Source: Candidatus Nanopelagicales bacterium (GTDB taxonomy: Bacteria > Actinomycetota > Actinomycetes > S36-B12 > UBA5976). Taken from it: 38,892 bases of DNA. The notes below the pieces were generated by a model that saw only the letters and a list, made by a program, of their open reading frames with translations, ran no database searches and was not told the DNA's origin. The stretch is from positions 1-38,892 of the forward strand of contig JBIKSQ010000001.1 in assembly GCA_044348555.1 (NCBI GenBank). The letters are read 5' to 3'. Of this stretch, positions 26,041 through 34,942 are shown one piece after another (positions within the stretch are counted from its first letter, which is position 1; every line of letters begins with the position of its first letter). The position numbers and the translations under genes were made by a program.

Positions 26041-26873
26041 TACCTCAACCTTTGGCGTGAGAAAGAAAATGCATAGAAACCGAGTGCCAGGTTAACCACG
26101 GTAAAGCTGATTGCCGATATCCAGGAAAGCGGAGAAACGGCGTCTCCCAAAATTGGCGACCTAACAATTTCGAGTAGATACGCAATTGGATTCCAGGCTG
26201 TGAGTAGATTCCTTTGCGAAGCTGCTAGGTCATCTGGGTACCAAAAGATTGGTGTTATAAACATGAAGACGCTGGAGAGTGTTTGGATAAGAGGCGCAAG
26301 ATCTCGAAAGCGAGCTGCTAGGGGGGCCACCCAGAAAGAAATTGCAAAAGCATTAATCAGCACTAGCGCCAGACCAAGGACACTTAAGAATGCAGCTTCA
26401 CTCCAATCACGATGAAGAACGAGAAGAGTGATTGCCACAGCTACTAGATCGTGACCGAGCTGGATCAAGGTTGTTGAGATGAATCGAAAATTGAGAATCG
26501 AAACTGGCATTGCTGAATTCTTTAGAACTGAAATGTTTGCAGTTATCAATGTTGCAGAGGTATTGAGTGAACTCACTAGGACACTGAAAACGATAAAGCC
26601 AATCGCTACGTATGGAATGAAATCAGCGATATCGCGCCCTAATAAAGTGCCAAACAGCAGAGATAGTCCGGCAATGAAGAAAAGTCGCTGCAGAGTGATC
26701 CACCATGGGCCCAGAATGGTTCGACGGTACTTCGATAAAACTTGTTGTTTTGAAATTACCCACCAAGCGGCTGGGCTCTCAATACTCTGCTTCAAATCCT
26801 CCAGCGCTGCAGCATGGCCGGTTTGGTATTGAAGAGTCATGCTTTGGTACGTTTTTGGTGGTCTATCGAGCAT
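26031..26873 (-). CDS. ABC-2 type polysaccharide export permease (Wzm/TagG/RgpC-like)
   Basis: 280 aa with 6 hydrophobic helices. The N-terminal YRRTILGPWWITLQ motif is typical of ABC-2 exporters. It overlaps the ATPase gene by 10 nt. Confidence 0.85.
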   Translation of the reverse strand: MLDRPPKTYQSMTLQYQTGHAAALEDLKQSIESPAAWWVISKQQVLSKYRRTILGPWWITLQRLFFIAGLSLLFGTLLGRDIADFIPYVAIGFIVFSVLVSSLNTSATLITANISVLKNSAMPVSILNFRFISTTLIQLGHDLVAVAITLLVLHRDWSEAAFLSVLGLALVLINAFAISFWVAPLAARFRDLAPLIQTLSSVFMFITPIFWYPDDLAASQRNLLTAWNPIAYLLEIVRSPILGDAVSPLSWISAISFTVVNLALGFYAFSFSRQRLRYWV

Positions 26874-26881
26874 TACTCCTC

Positions 26882-27973
26882 CTAACCTTTTAGATCTCTA
26901 AACAGCTCTTCGTATTGGTCAACAATTTGTTGCCACTGATAGTTACTCAACACATGTTTGCTGAGAAGTTTATTCCGTGGTTTTTGCTTCCATGGTTTTT
27001 CATTGAGTAATTTCTGAAGTTCGAGCAAGTCTTTCCACGCCCATCCATTTTCTGCTGTTACTTCATTGTTGAACGGGTTATCGTGATGAAGAACCTCAAC
27101 TCCAGCAGCAGAACCACGCAATAGCGCTGGGTTGGTGCCACCGGTTCGGTGTCCGTGTATGTAAACCTGGCAGTTAGACCAGAGAGATTCGAGAATTTCC
27201 TGGTCCCAGACTGGACCTAGGATTATTGAATTCGGGTGTTTGGCAGCAGCTTCGACTACTAAATGTGCGTATTTGGATTCACGATTTCGTGATTCCCCAA
27301 CAATCACAAGTTGATTTGTACTGGCCTCTCCGTGCGCTGTGATTATTTCGGCTACCTGCGTGTCTGATTCCCATCGCGCCACAACCAAGTCATAGTCGGA
27401 ATCAATGCCCGCGATGATTTCGGATTCAGTTTGTGGCGATACCGGTGCTCGGCTGCCGTAACTAATTACATTTAACTCCCGATTGAAGTTGGTTTTATAC
27501 CATTTCGCAACAGCTCGTGAATCTGTTAATAGCGTGATTTTAGATTTAACGGCAGTCTTGATCGCACTGTGGAGGACTGCCCCTCCCAGACCACGCCACT
27601 TAATCCGGGTGTGCTCGAGTCCTGCCATATGAAGGACAGTTGGAATTCTTGCAGTGCGTAGGAGTTTTGCCGACCATACGTTTGCGGGATTACAAATCAG
27701 TACAACGTCTGGTCTTGAAACAAAGATTGCATGAAGAGTTGATGAGAATCCAGACGAGATACTTTCAAATGCTTGGCCTGGCATCGTCGCACTTCTAATA
27801 GCAGTTAGATTCTTGGAGAGCTGCTGTTTTTTTGGTTGCGCCTCGGTACTTCGGCCATAGACAGTTACAAGGTGTCCCTTCGCTGCAAGGCCATGCCCAA
27901 GCTCGTCCGCTAACGTTTCAAATCCGCCGTATCGAGGTGGTAAACCTCGAGTCCCGAGTATCGCAATTTTCAC
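26882..27973 (-). CDS. glycosyltransferase (GT4-like) with N-terminal DUF1972, RgpA/WchF-type rhamnosyltransferase-like
   Basis: MKIAILGTRGLPPRYGGFETLADELGHGLAAKGHLVTVYG is the DUF1972 signature. The C-terminal GT-B half contains HGHRTGGTNPALL (E/H-x7-E-type region). Confidence 0.8.
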   Translation of the reverse strand: MKIAILGTRGLPPRYGGFETLADELGHGLAAKGHLVTVYGRSTEAQPKKQQLSKNLTAIRSATMPGQAFESISSGFSSTLHAIFVSRPDVVLICNPANVWSAKLLRTARIPTVLHMAGLEHTRIKWRGLGGAVLHSAIKTAVKSKITLLTDSRAVAKWYKTNFNRELNVISYGSRAPVSPQTESEIIAGIDSDYDLVVARWESDTQVAEIITAHGEASTNQLVIVGESRNRESKYAHLVVEAAAKHPNSIILGPVWDQEILESLWSNCQVYIHGHRTGGTNPALLRGSAAGVEVLHHDNPFNNEVTAENGWAWKDLLELQKLLNEKPWKQKPRNKLLSKHVLSNYQWQQIVDQYEELFRDLKG

Positions 27974-28815
27974 TTTGTAGCACTTTGAAAATTCAAATCT
28001 TCAATTGCCACCACACCTGCTCCAACGACAGATGCGATTACTCCAACAAGGCGTTCAACAGCATGTGACACTGTTCCATCCGCTGGCGAAGGCTCAGTTG
28101 AAAACTCATTTACTGAGAGATTCAGCTGCGAGATTTTCTCAACAATTGAGGGAGTAGCCCAAAACATAGTCCCTGCTGGGAATGTGAAGTCGGATGGAAG
28201 ATTATCTATTCCAACATCTTGCGCCAGGCTCTTTATCTGGTTCAGGTTTGCGCCGAGATAGTTGGTATCCAAGCAAAAATTCTTTTCCGTTGTGAAGAAC
28301 TCTTGTGTGGCAGAAAGGTGGCGGAGCTTGATTCCAAGTTCTGGCGCAAGAAGTCGAAGCGCCAGCGAATGATCAAGCACGGAACCTGTCGGCAGATTTC
28401 TAGGATGCTTAGTATGAATTTTCAAGACTAAGGCAGATTCAGAGAGCAACTTTTTTTGGGCCAAGTTCACAAATGGAAAAACGTCGCGGCCCTGATTGTC
28501 AAAGGCATATACCTGCGCTCCAGTGTTGAATCTAGTGTTTAACTTAGAAACTTGAGACTCAAGCTCATGACTGGTTGTTAAAAGTACTTGGGTGTTTAGC
28601 CCACTTTCATATTTAAAACTTCGAATGGCTTGCAGAATCTCGCTCGCAGAATCTAAGTAGTAAAGGTGCGCAACAATTGTCACATCGTATGTAAAGGATT
28701 GAGCTTCAGTCTTTTTCTGTTCAGCGAGCGTCGCATCTAAATTAGGTTGACGCCAAATTAATAAACGATAACGAAGGCGTCGCGCTTTTCCAGTTAAGCG
28801 TCGGATGAATCGCAT
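27970..28815 (-). CDS. rhamnan synthesis protein F (RgpF) family protein
   Basis: A series of RgpF-type blocks: VAHLYYLD, NQGRDVFPF, LKIHTKH, FPAGTMFWA, DGTVSHAVERL. Confidence 0.65.
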   Translation of the reverse strand: MRFIRRLTGKARRLRYRLLIWRQPNLDATLAEQKKTEAQSFTYDVTIVAHLYYLDSASEILQAIRSFKYESGLNTQVLLTTSHELESQVSKLNTRFNTGAQVYAFDNQGRDVFPFVNLAQKKLLSESALVLKIHTKHPRNLPTGSVLDHSLALRLLAPELGIKLRHLSATQEFFTTEKNFCLDTNYLGANLNQIKSLAQDVGIDNLPSDFTFPAGTMFWATPSIVEKISQLNLSVNEFSTEPSPADGTVSHAVERLVGVIASVVGAGVVAIEDLNFQSATK

Positions 28816-28858
28816 TGACAGAGTATTGCAGTGAATTGCGAGTTTTTGTGCACTCGTT

Positions 28859-29848
28859 TTATGAAGTTTTGCGGTAGTTATGAATTGTGTCGTTTGCTAA
28901 TCTTTTTTTAACCTTAAGTAGTTTTTCTTGTTCCAAATAAACAACGGCCATTCCAGATTCTGTAAATCCACTTGCGCCAATTTGTAACGTAAACGTTCGG
29001 ATCCCATCATTTGGTAGATTTCTCAATATCTGGGCAGTCTCAATGGCAAAGCCAAGATCAACTCCGTTATCCAAAGCCAAGTACGGTGAGATCTCTCTAA
29101 AGGCTCTCGTGGCAGCTACCGGGTTACTAAGCAGACCATTGCTCAGTGACTTTTGGAGTATGGCGAGAATGACTGCCCGCTGGTGTTCAGCTCGCTGGTA
29201 ATCGCCACGTGGAAGGTTTTTTCGTTCTCGTGAATAGGCCAAAGCCTCGGTACCGGAGAGGGAAATCAACCCGGCTGGAAACTCGAATTCAACTGGGCCA
29301 CTAGATGAGAAATACTGATTGTTGATCAGTTCGACTCCGCCAATTGAATCGATGAGTCCTTCGAAGCCATCAAAGTCAATCAGCGCCACATGATCAATTC
29401 GGGTATCTAAGATGTTTTCGACAGTGGCCACCATCGTTGGAACTCCGCCAAGGGAAAGAGCTGCATTCACTCGGTTCATCCCATAGGAGGGAATTTCAAC
29501 GTAGGTATCACGCATAATCGAGATGATGGTTATGTACTTTTGATTGGCAGAAACATGAACGAGCATGATGCTGTCTGCCCGAGTTCCTTCAATATTGTCA
29601 ATGCCTTTTCCGCTTTGACCCGCTGAGTCCACACCTAGAAATAGGGTGTTTTGCCCGTTAGCGGCTTCATCGGTAGCGGGGCTTGGCCGTTTTGACTCAT
29701 CTGGGAAAACGTTTTCAATTCGAGTCAGGTTGGAGTTGGCCTGAATCAAGCCAACAATCAAGCTTCCCACCGTAACTAAAGCCCAAATGCCCAAGGAGGC
29801 AACAATCCCGAGTAAAACTCGAGACCGAAATGACTTTGGCAGTTTCAT
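28859..29848 (-). CDS. LytR-CpsA-Psr (LCP) family glycopolymer-peptidoglycan ligase
   Basis: An N-terminal TM anchor, then LFLGVDS, RADSIMLVHV, ISIMRDTYVEIP, NRVNAALSLGG and REKNLPRGDYQRAEHQ, which are classic LCP blocks. Confidence 0.9.
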   Translation of the reverse strand: MKLPKSFRSRVLLGIVASLGIWALVTVGSLIVGLIQANSNLTRIENVFPDESKRPSPATDEAANGQNTLFLGVDSAGQSGKGIDNIEGTRADSIMLVHVSANQKYITIISIMRDTYVEIPSYGMNRVNAALSLGGVPTMVATVENILDTRIDHVALIDFDGFEGLIDSIGGVELINNQYFSSSGPVEFEFPAGLISLSGTEALAYSRERKNLPRGDYQRAEHQRAVILAILQKSLSNGLLSNPVAATRAFREISPYLALDNGVDLGFAIETAQILRNLPNDGIRTFTLQIGASGFTESGMAVVYLEQEKLLKVKKRLANDTIHNYRKTS

Positions 29849-29948
29849 AGTGAACTCAGGCTACCTTCTGTAACTCAACAAGTCTTATTGCGAACCTTTT
29901 GCAGGTGCGAATCATTCGTGATAAGTTTTGCCACGAAAAGGAGTTTTT

Positions 29949-30632
29949 ATGCATATCCCAGATGGTTTTATTGATACCCCAGTGTCAATGGTGGCCCTAT
30001 CAATCTCTGCAGTAGCGATCGGAGTTTCGCTTAAGCGCACAAAGGGCCAGTTTGAAGAAGCGGTTGCGCCCATGGCTGGTCTTGCTGCGGTATTCATCTT
30101 TGCAGCCCAAATGGTCAACTTCCCGGTTGCCGCTGGTACAAGTGGTCACCTAATTGGTGGTGCCTTAGCCGCAGTTCTGATTGGACCTTATGCGGCGATT
30201 TTGGCGATGACTGTTGTGGTGGCGCTACAGGCGATTATTTTCGCAGACGGTGGCATAACCGCTTTAGGGCTCAACATTCTCAACATGTCGGTGCTTTCCG
30301 TAATTGTAGGCTGGGTTGTATTCCGTGGAGTTTTACGAATCAAGCCTTCACGTGCAGGTGTGCTCGTGGCATCCTTCGTAGCTGGTTTCTTTAACGTGAT
30401 TGCCGCTGCGGTTGGATTCGTAATTCAATTTGCGTTCGGTGGAGTTGGACTGGTTGAACTTTCACAAGTCTTTACTGCAATGGTCAGTGTCCATACGTTG
30501 ATCGGACTTGGCGAAGGTGCAATCACTGCACTGGTTGTTGGCTCGGTTCTCTCGACCCGACCTGACTTAGTTTGGGGCGCAAATGATTTGCTTCCAAAAG
30601 CTGAACTACAAATCAAGAGTGGAGCAAACTAA
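29949..30632 (+). CDS. cbiM: ECF transporter substrate-capture component CbiM (Co/Ni)
   Basis: The start is set at MHIPDGF, the N-terminal Met-His that ligates the metal in CbiM/NikM. An AAAGGAG Shine-Dalgarno lies 5 nt upstream. The rest is a multi-TM protein. Confidence 0.9.
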   Translation: MHIPDGFIDTPVSMVALSISAVAIGVSLKRTKGQFEEAVAPMAGLAAVFIFAAQMVNFPVAAGTSGHLIGGALAAVLIGPYAAILAMTVVVALQAIIFADGGITALGLNILNMSVLSVIVGWVVFRGVLRIKPSRAGVLVASFVAGFFNVIAAAVGFVIQFAFGGVGLVELSQVFTAMVSVHTLIGLGEGAITALVVGSVLSTRPDLVWGANDLLPKAELQIKSGAN

Positions 30633-30919
30633 TGAGAGATAAATTCATTTTTGCCGGACTTGGAGTTTCGGCTCTTGTTGCAGGTGGCTTAAGTCTGTTT
30701 GCATCAAGCGATCCAGACGGACTAGAAAAAGTTGCTGAAGATCTGGGATTTATTGGTACTGGCCAAGATTCAGTTGTTGCTGGGTCTCCACTGGCCGATT
30801 ATGGAATTGCTGGAATCGATGCGACTTGGGCAAGCACTGTTTCGGGCATCACTGGAATTTTGGCATCAGCAATTGTTGGGTATGGCCTTTACCTTTGGAT
30901 GAAAGCTCCAAAGGCATAA
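30632..30919 (+). CDS. PDGLE-domain small membrane protein (CbiN/NikN-equivalent)
   Basis: 95 aa with two TM helices flanking the literal motif SSDPDGLEKVAED. Its start overlaps the cbiM stop (TAATG). Confidence 0.75.
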   Translation: MRDKFIFAGLGVSALVAGGLSLFASSDPDGLEKVAEDLGFIGTGQDSVVAGSPLADYGIAGIDATWASTVSGITGILASAIVGYGLYLWMKAPKA

Positions 30920-30923
30920 CTAA

Positions 30924-31700
30924 GTGGCCGCTCCAGCACATGAACATGGGCATCAACTAGGCGATCACCTATATATACACAGACACACCTGGATACATGA
31001 TTTACCAGCTCAAAATAAAGTTATTGCACTTATAGCTTTCATGGTTTTAGCGGTAAATATTCCAATTGAGCGCTGGGACTTGTTGGCCACGTTGTTGGTT
31101 TTGGTTTTTGGACTTTGGTTTGCTGCAAAGTTGCCGATCAAAAAAGTGGCACCGCGGTTGCTGATAGAAATCCCTTTTGTGTTCTTTGCGATTTTGCTGC
31201 CTTTCATTGCTACCGGAGAACGGGTTGAGATTCTGGGTGTTTCAGTTTCCCAACCCGGACTCACGTTCGCAATCGCCTTTTTGTTGAAGAGCACAATCGG
31301 TGTAGCAATTGCTATCTTGCTTTCAGCAACAAGTACTGCTCAAGAAATTCTGACGGGCTTGAATCGGCTGCGGATGCCAGGGGTGTTGCTGCAGATAGCT
31401 GCGCTTATGGTTCGATATTCAGCGGTTGTCACGAGTGAACTGCAACGCATGGAAATTTCACGGCAGGCGCGAAACGGTGGTGCTGGGCTCTCTTCTTGGC
31501 CAAGTCGGGCAAGCAGTGTTGGAGCTTTATTCATTCGTTCGTACGAACGTGGTGAACGCGTTCACTTGGCAATGCTTTCTCGAGGTGGAGATGGCGGAGT
31601 TGTTTTACCAGCAGGAGTTGCAGCCACACGGCTTCAATGGTTTGTTAGCCTTATGTTGCCAGCTGCTGCGCTGGCTTTTGTGATTTGGAGTCGAGTATGA
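30924..31700 (+). CDS. cbiQ: ECF transporter transmembrane (T) component CbiQ
   Basis: A polytopic protein with a CbiQ-type C-terminal region (LQRMEISRQARNGG). The N-terminus is His-rich. Confidence 0.85.
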   Translation: MAAPAHEHGHQLGDHLYIHRHTWIHDLPAQNKVIALIAFMVLAVNIPIERWDLLATLLVLVFGLWFAAKLPIKKVAPRLLIEIPFVFFAILLPFIATGERVEILGVSVSQPGLTFAIAFLLKSTIGVAIAILLSATSTAQEILTGLNRLRMPGVLLQIAALMVRYSAVVTSELQRMEISRQARNGGAGLSSWPSRASSVGALFIRSYERGERVHLAMLSRGGDGGVVLPAGVAATRLQWFVSLMLPAAALAFVIWSRV

Positions 31701-32467
31701 CCAACGCCCTTGAGATTGATGGATTGGCCTATGCCTATCCGGATGGACATCAGGCGCTATTCGGGGTGAACTTGAACATCGCAACAGGTGAGCGGGTTGC
31801 TCTGTTAGGACCAAACGGTGCTGGCAAAACAACTTTAGTGATGCATTTGAATGGAATTCTTCACGGTGGAGTTGGTGCAGTTCGGGTTAACGGAATGATT
31901 GTTAATCCAAAAGACAAAGCAACCATCAAAGAAGTAAGACGTCGGGTTGGTGTGGTCTTTCAGGATCCCGATGATCAATTGTTTATGCCGACAGCCTGGG
32001 ATGACGTCGCCTTTGGCCCGAAAAATTTAGGGCTGACTGGTGCTGAACTAGATGAGCGGGTTGATTCAGCGCTCGCGGCCGTACGAATGACGGAGTTTGC
32101 GCAACGCCCACCTCATCATTTGTCTTTTGGCCAACGTCGCAGAGTTGCACTCGCCTCTGTTTTGGCGATGCAACCAGAAGTTTTAGTTTTGGATGAACCG
32201 AGTTCAAATCTAGATCCTGCAAGCCGCCGAGAGCTTGCAGATATTTTGCGCTCATTAAACCTTACAGTTTTAATGGTCACGCACGATTTACCGTTTGCAT
32301 ATGAGATTTGCCCACGTTCGGTGATTCTTGCAGGCGGCGTGATTACGGCCGATTCAACAACCGATGAAATACTCTCGAATGCAGAGTTGATGGAAGCAAA
32401 TCGACTAGAGCTTCCATTTGGATTTGATTTGGCTAGCGCCCGCGCCGCAGTAGCGGGCCGGCGCTAA
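31697..32467 (+). CDS. cbiO: ECF transporter ATPase CbiO
   Basis: Walker A GPNGAGKTT, Q-loop FQDPDDQLF, signature LSFGQRRR and Walker B LVLDEP. I chose the start at 31697 (MTNALEIDGL) for its ATGA overlap with the cbiQ stop. The track start is 31685. Confidence 0.9.
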   Translation: MTNALEIDGLAYAYPDGHQALFGVNLNIATGERVALLGPNGAGKTTLVMHLNGILHGGVGAVRVNGMIVNPKDKATIKEVRRRVGVVFQDPDDQLFMPTAWDDVAFGPKNLGLTGAELDERVDSALAAVRMTEFAQRPPHHLSFGQRRRVALASVLAMQPEVLVLDEPSSNLDPASRRELADILRSLNLTVLMVTHDLPFAYEICPRSVILAGGVITADSTTDEILSNAELMEANRLELPFGFDLASARAAVAGRR

Positions 32468-32481
32468 CCCAGCTTTTTGCT

Positions 32482-32742
32482 TTAGGAAATCAAGCCGACT
32501 TCGCGGAGTTTGGCTTCCATATCTGGATCGCTTGGCTCAACAAAGAAGCTGCCATCAGAGAATTGCACAACCGGGATGCTCTGGCGGCCACTGATTTCAA
32601 CTGCTTTCATCATCGCAGCCTCATCGTTTGCGGTGTCCAAATAGTTGTAAGCGACACCATGCTTATCGAGTAGGCGCTTGGTGCGACGGCAATCCCCACA
32701 CCACTCGGCACCGTAAAAATCAATGTTTGGTGAATCGGACAT
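32482..32742 (-). CDS. glutaredoxin-like / mycoredoxin-like thiol-disulfide oxidoreductase
   Basis: 86 aa with active site FYGAEWCGDCRR (CxxC) and the cis-Pro region RQSIPVV. A strong GGAGGAAAT Shine-Dalgarno lies upstream. Confidence 0.8.
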   Translation of the reverse strand: MSDSPNIDFYGAEWCGDCRRTKRLLDKHGVAYNYLDTANDEAAMMKAVEISGRQSIPVVQFSDGSFFVEPSDPDMEAKLREVGLIS

Positions 32743-32857
32743 ATTTCCTCCTAGTAGGGGAGAAATGTTATGGCTTTACACGGTATTCTGCCTATGGCAG
32801 GATAATCAACGGAGAATTGGCTTATTTACAGCAGATTCTTTTGAGTAGGAGCGGAAA

Positions 32858-34942
32858 ATGCCGAAAATAGGTCGAGTTTTGTTCGTAGAGTCGCACGCTT
32901 CAGCGTGGAGTTCTCGAGCCGAAGTTGCGCTACGCATGAATCCAGTTAACCCCAAAGATGCTGGGTACATTCAAGCAGCCGATTTTGCCCGAATGGCGGG
33001 CTTCGAGTTTGCGGTTCATGAATCCGGAGTACTCACTAAAGCGCAGCTGGCTGAGTCGGATGTTTTGGTACTGCCGCATTCTTCGATTCCCGAGTGGGAA
33101 AAAACAGTGGATGCCTCTAGCCCAATTTTTTCAGCTGCGGAAATCTCCGATATAAAAGACTTTGTCGAGCAAGGTGGAGGCTTGCTTATCCTGGCCGAAA
33201 CTGAACAACCTAAGTACGGCAACAACTTGGCAGAAATTTCAAGTTTGTTTGGAATCACAATTTCGAACGTTACAGTTCAAGATCCAACGAACTCCCATAA
33301 AGATGTTGCCACTTGGATAAAGCCAGTTGAAGTTGTAAATTCAAAATTTGATTTGCTAGCAAACATTGAATCGGTTGCGTTGTATCGGGCTGGCGCACTT
33401 GTCGCCACTGATCCAAGAGTTTTTTCCGTGCTGCGCACCAGCAGTCAAGCAGACCCTGCGGATGCTGCGTTGCTACAAGTTGTTGAGTTTGGAAAAGGCA
33501 GAGTTGCGGTATTGGCTGACTCAGACATTTTTGGCGATGACTCGATTCAAGAACTCGATAATGAAGCCCTCTGGGTAAATCTCTTGATGTGGCTCATGCC
33601 AGGGGATCGCGGCAAACTTGATACGAATGCAAACTCGGTCACGGAAATGCATGCATGGCAAGAATTAGTGACAGCAATCGAGACGCTGCGCCCGTTGCAG
33701 AATTCAGATGGAAGCATTAATTTCGAAGTTGCTAACGGTGAACAAGTGGTTGCTGTAGTAGAAAACATAAAGCGCTCGATTATTGAGATTGCCCCATTAT
33801 TCCCGCATCAAAAGAACCACCTAGATGCAACCCTGAGGGATTTTGACAAATGGGTTTCAGCTGGATTTACGGTTCCAGACTTCTTCGATTCGCTGATGCT
33901 CTTCCATCCTGACCAAAATCGTACGCATGGGCTGGAGAACTTTGTGGTTTTCCCGATGTACACCCAGAACGGAAATTTGAATCGAAACTTTGAAGCGGTT
34001 GTCACTCGAACCTTCTGGCCGGATTTTGCAGAGAAACTAGAAGCGACCAAGTATCAGAACGCAGCTTTTGTACCAATCGAGTTTGTGGGCTTCACAAAAG
34101 GTTACGACACACATTCAGCTGTGCTGTTTCCCGAGACCGTGGCTACTCGCGAAGTTGGAACATTCACTTGGGGTGGAATTTTCTGCGATAGAGAAGCCGC
34201 GCGCTTCCGCAAAGTCGCAACTGAAGCCAGCGAGCTGCTGAAGTTGTCGCTGCCAGCGGATGCAGAATTGCTGTTGCAAAGTCAAAAACTCGCACAAGAA
34301 ACATTCGTGTTGTGGGATTTAATTCATGATCGCACCCACTCACATGGAGACTTGCCCTTTGATCCTTTCATGATCAAACAGCGCATGCCATTTTGGATGT
34401 ATGCACTTGAAGAACTCAGATGTGATTTGAATACATTCAAAGAAACATCTCAGCTTGAAGCGGACGGCATTTTCTACGGTCGATTTATTCGTTATGCAAT
34501 CCTCTTTGACCGGTTGTTCAGATTCCCAATCACTGGTGAACGGGTGCGCAACTACGACGGCTTAGGTGGGCAGTTGATCTTCGCTTGGTTGCATAAGCAA
34601 GGCGTGCTCCATTGGACTGACAACACACTCTCATTCGATTGGATGAAAGTAAACGACAGTGTCATCGAGCTATGTGATGCGGTCAATGATTTGTACCGGG
34701 AAGGTATTGATCGTTCACGTATTGCCCACTGGATGGCCGCACATGAATTCATAGCAGCGTGGGTGACACCGCACCCTGCCTCAAAGTGGGCTAAGGGAAT
34801 CGAAGAGTTACCAATCGAGGGTGAGACCAAAGAGCTGGTTGATGTGGTTTTGGGGGATGAGTTCCCGCTGAATGTTTTCTATGAGGCGCTCCGCACCAAA
34901 CTTGCCCCTACGATTGCGGGCGTATCTGGAATTACGGCATAG
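32858..34942 (+). CDS. 694-aa cytoplasmic two-domain protein of unknown function (N-terminal GATase1/DUF4350-like fold; C-terminal His/Glu-motif domain)
   Basis: A long clean ORF with an AGGAG Shine-Dalgarno and no signal peptide or TM helix. The N-terminal region has SDVLVLPHSS, EQGGGLLILAETEQ and GRVAVLADSDIFGDD. The C-terminal region has LIHDRTHSHGD (nt 34325-34345) and, 28 aa later, ALEELRCD (nt 34409-34426). I am confident it is a coding region; the function is unknown. Confidence 0.6.
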   Translation: MPKIGRVLFVESHASAWSSRAEVALRMNPVNPKDAGYIQAADFARMAGFEFAVHESGVLTKAQLAESDVLVLPHSSIPEWEKTVDASSPIFSAAEISDIKDFVEQGGGLLILAETEQPKYGNNLAEISSLFGITISNVTVQDPTNSHKDVATWIKPVEVVNSKFDLLANIESVALYRAGALVATDPRVFSVLRTSSQADPADAALLQVVEFGKGRVAVLADSDIFGDDSIQELDNEALWVNLLMWLMPGDRGKLDTNANSVTEMHAWQELVTAIETLRPLQNSDGSINFEVANGEQVVAVVENIKRSIIEIAPLFPHQKNHLDATLRDFDKWVSAGFTVPDFFDSLMLFHPDQNRTHGLENFVVFPMYTQNGNLNRNFEAVVTRTFWPDFAEKLEATKYQNAAFVPIEFVGFTKGYDTHSAVLFPETVATREVGTFTWGGIFCDREAARFRKVATEASELLKLSLPADAELLLQSQKLAQETFVLWDLIHDRTHSHGDLPFDPFMIKQRMPFWMYALEELRCDLNTFKETSQLEADGIFYGRFIRYAILFDRLFRFPITGERVRNYDGLGGQLIFAWLHKQGVLHWTDNTLSFDWMKVNDSVIELCDAVNDLYREGIDRSRIAHWMAAHEFIAAWVTPHPASKWAKGIEELPIEGETKELVDVVLGDEFPLNVFYEALRTKLAPTIAGVSGITA

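Noticed and set aside
23936-28815. The two RgpF-like ORFs as halves of one disrupted gene (pseudogene)
   Set aside because: They lie on opposite strands, 2.7 kb apart. Each is a complete ORF with its own start and stop, and each is embedded in an intact operon.
29849-29948. Possible cobalamin riboswitch or NikR operator upstream of cbiM
   Set aside because: Only about 100 nt are available and shared with the divergent LCP promoter. I could not find a B12-box-like core or the multi-stem layout a B12 riboswitch needs. No convincing palindrome is present either.
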